Positions 59,496 through 64,000 of a stretch of DNA of 64,000 nt are shown here, piece after piece. Within the stretch, counting starts at the first letter, position 1; the number at the start of each line of letters is the position of its first letter. The stretch is from the NCBI GenBank assembly GCA_963826885.1, contig CAWGYL010000001.1:145777-209776 (forward strand), read 5' to 3'. This DNA is from Nitrospirota bacterium (GTDB lineage: Bacteria > Nitrospirota > UBA9217). A program made the position numbers and the translations under genes. The notes beneath the pieces were generated by a model, which saw only the letters and a list, made by a program, of their open reading frames with translations, made no database searches and was not told the DNA's origin.

Positions 59496-60829
59496 GATAG
59501 AGTAAACTGGATTGTGTGAAATTGCTTTAAGGTATAAAGAAGGGCGCACCTCCTATATAATGTATTTGCCGACACATTAAAAAAGGAGGAGCACCCTATG
59601 GAACTGACGGTCAGTGTAACAGAAGTAGCGGAGTTATTCAAGGCGATCCAGGGGAAGCCGGGGCAATTATTTGAGATGATGCGGATGGACATCCAGGAAG
59701 AGGTGGGGAAATACCTTACCAATCTTATGGATGCCGAGCTAACCCATCATTTGGGCAGAGAGAAATACGAACGCGTCGATGGAGACGCCAATCATCGGAA
59801 TGGGACCTATTCGCGAAGGTTTTGTATCAAGGGGATCGGTGAAGTAGAGCTCCGGATACCGAGAGACCGGGATGGAGAGTTCAAGACGCAAGTTATCCCC
59901 CGGAGCCAACAGTACGAGGATGCAATCACCGAGGACCTTTCGCTCATGTACCTCACGGGGATCAGCACAAGGAGCCTCTCCCTTATCAGCAGGCGGCTCA
60001 TCGGCAGAAACATCTCGCACCAGGAGGTAAGCAAGGCCAATAAGGAGTTGACGGAAGCCGTTGAACGTTGGAGGAGCCGTGATTTATCCAACGAAACCAT
60101 AAAATACATTTATGTGGACGGTGTCATCTTCTCTATGCGTGTAGCAAGAAGCATTGAGAAAGTCCCCGTCTTGGTGGCTATCGGCGTGACGGAGAATGGT
60201 TCGAAACTTGTTCTCGGCATCCAGAGCGGCGATAAGGAGTCCGCGGGAAGCTGGCGAGAGTTTTTCCGGGACTTAAAAAATCGGGGTCTGAAGGGCAATG
60301 AAGTACGATTGGGCATCATGGACGGCCTGTCGGGCCTGGAGAAAGTGTTCCAGGAGGAATTTACGCAAGCCAAGGTACAGCGTTGCCAGGTCCATGTGGC
60401 CCGGAACGTCCTGACCAAGACACCCAAGAATATAAAGCAGCAAGTCGCTGATGATCTTCGTTCCATCTTCTATGCCTCCTCCAAAGAGAAGGCTATGACA
60501 TTTTACGAAGCGTTTTCAGAGAAATGGAACAAGGAGATCCCGTCGGCGGTGAGTTCACTCAGCCAGTCGATCGACCGATGCTTAACCTTTTTCAACTTTC
60601 CGCATGAGGAGTGGATATCTTTACGAACATCGAATGTCATTGAACGGTTGAACAAAGAATTTAAACGAAGAACAAAGCCTATGGAAATAGTGGCAGGAGA
60701 GGCAGCATGCTACCGGCTGCTTGCATTCATATCGTTGAAGATGGAATTGAGTTGGAGAACAAATCGCGTAGGTAAGGTGCGACCCCATTTACCCCTATAT
60801 GCAATTTACACAAAATAGTTGACACTATC
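59496..60829 (+). mobile_element. IS256-family insertion sequence
   Basis: Imperfect ~27-bp IRs (GATAG..); 9-bp TSD TCGGAGCCG at 59487-59495 and 60830-60838. Confidence 0.93.
59598..60818 (+). CDS. IS256 (Mutator-type) transposase
   Basis: IPRDRDGEF, YVDG, MDG, QRCQVH, SNVIERLNKEFKRR. Confidence 0.95.
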   Translation: MELTVSVTEVAELFKAIQGKPGQLFEMMRMDIQEEVGKYLTNLMDAELTHHLGREKYERVDGDANHRNGTYSRRFCIKGIGEVELRIPRDRDGEFKTQVIPRSQQYEDAITEDLSLMYLTGISTRSLSLISRRLIGRNISHQEVSKANKELTEAVERWRSRDLSNETIKYIYVDGVIFSMRVARSIEKVPVLVAIGVTENGSKLVLGIQSGDKESAGSWREFFRDLKNRGLKGNEVRLGIMDGLSGLEKVFQEEFTQAKVQRCQVHVARNVLTKTPKNIKQQVADDLRSIFYASSKEKAMTFYEAFSEKWNKEIPSAVSSLSQSIDRCLTFFNFPHEEWISLRTSNVIERLNKEFKRRTKPMEIVAGEAACYRLLAFISLKMELSWRTNRVGKVRPHLPLYAIYTK

Positions 60830-61804
60830 TCGGAGCCGGGCCGTCGTTAAATACATGACCAAGGTGTGAGTCGGCATGTTTACTTCTTACCTCGGTCCTG
60901 ACCGAGAACATACTACGGTCCTCTTTCGTCACAATGTTGCCGGGTTCGAGTGGCTTGGTAAAGCTCGGCCATCCGGTGCCTGAACCGTACTTGTCGAGGG
61001 AGCTGAACAGGGGCTCGCCGGAGACGATATCGACATAGATCCCCGGTTTGTGGTTGTCCCAGTATTCATTTCCGAAGGGCGGCTCTGTGCCTTCCTGTTG
61101 AGTTACATTGTACTGAATCGGGGTCAGTCTTTTTTTCAACTCTTCGCTGGTCGGCTTCATATAAACACTTGTATTAGTGTCTTCGGTTGTTTCTGTATGC
61201 ATCGTGTTATCCTTTCCCCAGACCTTTGAAAGATATTGGTCGCGGCCCGAATTGTACCGATAGAATTTATATCGGATCGGGTTCTTTTTCCAGTAGTCCT
61301 GATGGTACTCCTCGGCGCGGTAAAAGGGACCGGCAGGCCGGATCTCAGTGACAATCGGTTTATCGAACCGCCCTGATCGTTCGAGGCCCTTTTTCGATTC
61401 TTCTGCCAGCCGCTTTTGTTCCTCGTTGTGATAAAAAATTGCGGACTTGTACGACGGCCCGCGGTCAACGAACTCACCGCCGGCATCAGTTGGGTCAATC
61501 TGTCTCCAGAACACATCAAGGAGCATCTTGTAGCTCACCTTCGCAGGATCGTAGGTGATCTCCACGGATTCCAGGTGGCCAGTGGTTTCGGAAGTCACAT
61601 CCTCATAGGTGGGATTGATGGTATGCCCGCCGGTGTAGCCGGATACGACCTCTTTTACTCCGTCCAGTTTCTCGAAAGGTGGGGTCATGCACCAGAAGCA
61701 CCCTCCCGCGAATGTTGCTTTTTCAACAGATGGCATTGTGCCTGCGTTGGTTTGGGTAACCAGGAGCGGCAGAACCAGCAATGTTCCTATCAACAATTTC
61801 ACAA

Positions 61805-62030
61805 ACATGATCAGTTCCTCTCTTTCATCTTAATTGTTTCCACATACGTTCCTGCCTTCTTCAAGGCCGTTTCCATCTCTTCGATCGTGATCACCTTCGG
61901 ATCGTAATAAACAGTATCTGTCTCATGAACGTAATGAAAGCCAGTCTCGATCTTTTGAACTCCATTTAGCCCCTGTAGGGCCGACTTGCCTTCATCGTAA
62001 CAATTAACCTTAAAGATCAGTTCAATGAAT
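61805..62030 (-). pseudogene. HMA-like small domain remnant upstream of msrAB
   Basis: ..FKVNCYDEGKSALQGLNGV..VYYDPKVITIEEMETALKKAG; no in-frame start found. Confidence 0.4.
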
Positions 62031-62172
62031 AAAAATCCGTCTCCTTCACAAGTTGCTTCCTGATATAATTATGAATATCCAGTAAGAGAGTACCGAGCGT
62101 AATGAGATGTATCGGCAACGGTGCGCTTGAGGCGGATGCACATGAGATTTCGAATTATGCCATCTGGCAGCC

Positions 62173-63975
62173 ATGGTTAAGGTAACGCTTGACATGATGA
62201 TGAGACCCAGGCGGCAAGCGGGCTTTTTGCTTCTCTGCTTCTTGACTGGCGTGATCGCTGGACTGGGTGCTGTCGTTTTCCGCACGCTCATCGCGCTGGT
62301 GCACAACATACTATTTTACGGCAAACTCTCTACTCTTTATGATGCAAATGCGCATACAGCTGTCAGCACGTGGGGGCCCCTTGTTATCCTTGTGCCGGTG
62401 ATCGGTTCACTGGGTGTGACCTTCCTCGTGACCAAATTTGCTCCAGAAGCAAAGGGCCATGGCGTGCCCGAAGTGATGGACGCCGTGTACTATGGTAAGG
62501 GCGTTGTACGTCCCGTCGTGGCTGTGGTTAAGTCCCTTGCCTCGGCGCTTTCCATCGGCAGTGGCGGGTCTGTTGGAAGAGAAGGACCGATCGCACAAAT
62601 AGGCTCTGCCTTCGGATCCACTATGGGGCAGCTCTTCAACTTGACAACGAAGCAGCGAATCACGCTCATTGCCGCTGGAGGGGGAGGGGGCATTGCCGCG
62701 ACCTTCAACACGCCTATCGGGGGCATCCTATTCGCTGTCGAGCTTCTTCTGAACGAAGTAAGCGTAGCCACGCTGGTGCCTGTGGCAGTTGCCACGATCA
62801 CAGCAACATATGTTGGCCAACTTTTCTTCGGCGTCCATCCGTCTTTTGTCATACCCGCACTTCAACAGCCCTATTTCCATCCGCTCAATCCCTGGCTCCT
62901 CGGACCGTATGCTGTACTCGGTGTACTCATGGGTCTAGCTTCCACGGTGTATATCCATTCGCTCTACTTGGTCGAGGACTTTTTCGAGAACCGTACGGTG
63001 AAAAACCCCTATCTGCAGCATGCCGGGGGCATGCTGGCCGTAGGAGGGTTGATGTATGGTCTAATATCTGTGACGGGCCATTATTACGTCGACGGCGTAG
63101 GCTATTCTACGATCGAGGATATTCTGGAAGGAAATATCAGCGTTGTACTTCTTCTCGTGATACTGTTTTTTCTGAAAATGTTTGCGACGGCCATCACGCT
63201 GGGATCCGGAGGCTCTGGCGGGATATTCTCGCCATCCTTATTCCTGGGCGCAACCGCCGGAGGCGCCTTCGGGATCGTTCTCCAGCATGTTCTTCCACAC
63301 GCTCCGGTAAGTCCTGCTGCTTTCGCCGTGGCCGGCATGGCTGGCATGGTAGGAGGCGCTACGGGAGCAGCCATGACGGCTATCGTCATGATCTTCGAGA
63401 TGACCTTGGATTACAGCGTCATCATGCCGATGACGATCACCGTAGTACTAAGCTATGGAACCCGCATGCTGCTCATCCGTGAAAGTATTTATACGATGAA
63501 GCTCGCACGCCGCGACCACCATATTCCCGCTGCGCTCCAGGCGAATCTTCTCCATGCCAGGCGTGCGCAGGACATTATGGAGAAGCCGGTCGTGACAGTA
63601 TCATCATCGGACAGTCTGGATGATCTCACTCGCTGCTCTTCGGAGCATCCGGAGGTACGGTGGTTCCTTGTCGTTGAGGATGGCCATGTCGCGGGTGTTG
63701 CTCCAAGGGACTATGCGCTATCTGCTTCTGAGAACGAGCGCAAGGGCTGGCACTCCGTGGCTGATATGATGCGGCGCGACTTTATCTTTGCCCGCAATAA
63801 CGAGACGATGGACAGCATCGTGGCACGCATGCACCGGCCGCACGCCGCAGTGGCAGTGGTACTCAGGCACCCTGAATCGACGAAAGCAATTGATGTCACG
63901 GGGATTATTACCTGGGAACGTGTTGCGGAACTGTTAGAAGAGACCGTTGAACTATTTTCGGAAGCGCGAGAATAA
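62173..63975 (+). CDS. CLC-family transporter with C-terminal CBS domains
   Basis: GHGVPE, GREGP, GIFSP, EMT.DY, SIYT; CBS pair. Confidence 0.92.
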   Translation: MVKVTLDMMMRPRRQAGFLLLCFLTGVIAGLGAVVFRTLIALVHNILFYGKLSTLYDANAHTAVSTWGPLVILVPVIGSLGVTFLVTKFAPEAKGHGVPEVMDAVYYGKGVVRPVVAVVKSLASALSIGSGGSVGREGPIAQIGSAFGSTMGQLFNLTTKQRITLIAAGGGGGIAATFNTPIGGILFAVELLLNEVSVATLVPVAVATITATYVGQLFFGVHPSFVIPALQQPYFHPLNPWLLGPYAVLGVLMGLASTVYIHSLYLVEDFFENRTVKNPYLQHAGGMLAVGGLMYGLISVTGHYYVDGVGYSTIEDILEGNISVVLLLVILFFLKMFATAITLGSGGSGGIFSPSLFLGATAGGAFGIVLQHVLPHAPVSPAAFAVAGMAGMVGGATGAAMTAIVMIFEMTLDYSVIMPMTITVVLSYGTRMLLIRESIYTMKLARRDHHIPAALQANLLHARRAQDIMEKPVVTVSSSDSLDDLTRCSSEHPEVRWFLVVEDGHVAGVAPRDYALSASENERKGWHSVADMMRRDFIFARNNETMDSIVARMHRPHAAVAVVLRHPESTKAIDVTGIITWERVAELLEETVELFSEARE

Positions 63976-64000
63976 CCCCCAGCCCCCACAGAAATAACCT

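Larger units (their letters stand above)
59383..61808 (-). pseudogene. msrAB: Secreted MsrA-MsrB fusion interrupted by IS256 within MsrB
   Basis: [31 protein letters not shown] | [12 protein letters not shown] resumes below 59495; stop at 59383. Confidence 0.92.

Overview
Bacterial chromosomal window, mostly GC-rich; the gene style suggests an anaerobic Nitrospirota/Desulfobacterota-like organism, but this is low confidence. (1) 1-3253: an archaeal/eukaryote-type pheS-pheT pair. (2) ~3778-33664: a ~30 kb co-oriented 26-gene type II FAS/PKS cluster with aryl-polyene/flexirubin/'ladderane-candidate' architecture. It encodes 3 active ketosynthases, 2 chain-length factors, 3 ACPs, 2 adenylating ligases, a condensation-like transferase, MMPL/LolA export, and five radical SAM enzymes (three B12-dependent, one HemN-like, one SPASM enzyme fused to a hot-dog dehydratase domain). 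This is the best candidate for an undescribed system. (3) 33921-37100: rhomboid pseudogene, zinc-ribbon response regulator, tRNA-Pro, rpoS-like sigma factor, tRNA-Arg(CCT). (4) 37052-48724: an integrase-less, decaying island bounded by tRNA-Arg 3' repeats, carrying IS4, a CusRS-like two-component system, envelope-modification genes/pseudogenes, an Rhs remnant and a TA pair. (5) 48770-64000: a further accessory region with a truncated group IIC intron interrupted by an IS21 that carries a passenger ORF, MarR plus a beta-lactamase-like hydrolase, pal, two CLC transporters, a CPA2 pseudogene with a terminator-containing leader, and msrAB split by IS256. All calls come from motif recognition by eye; no database searches were run.
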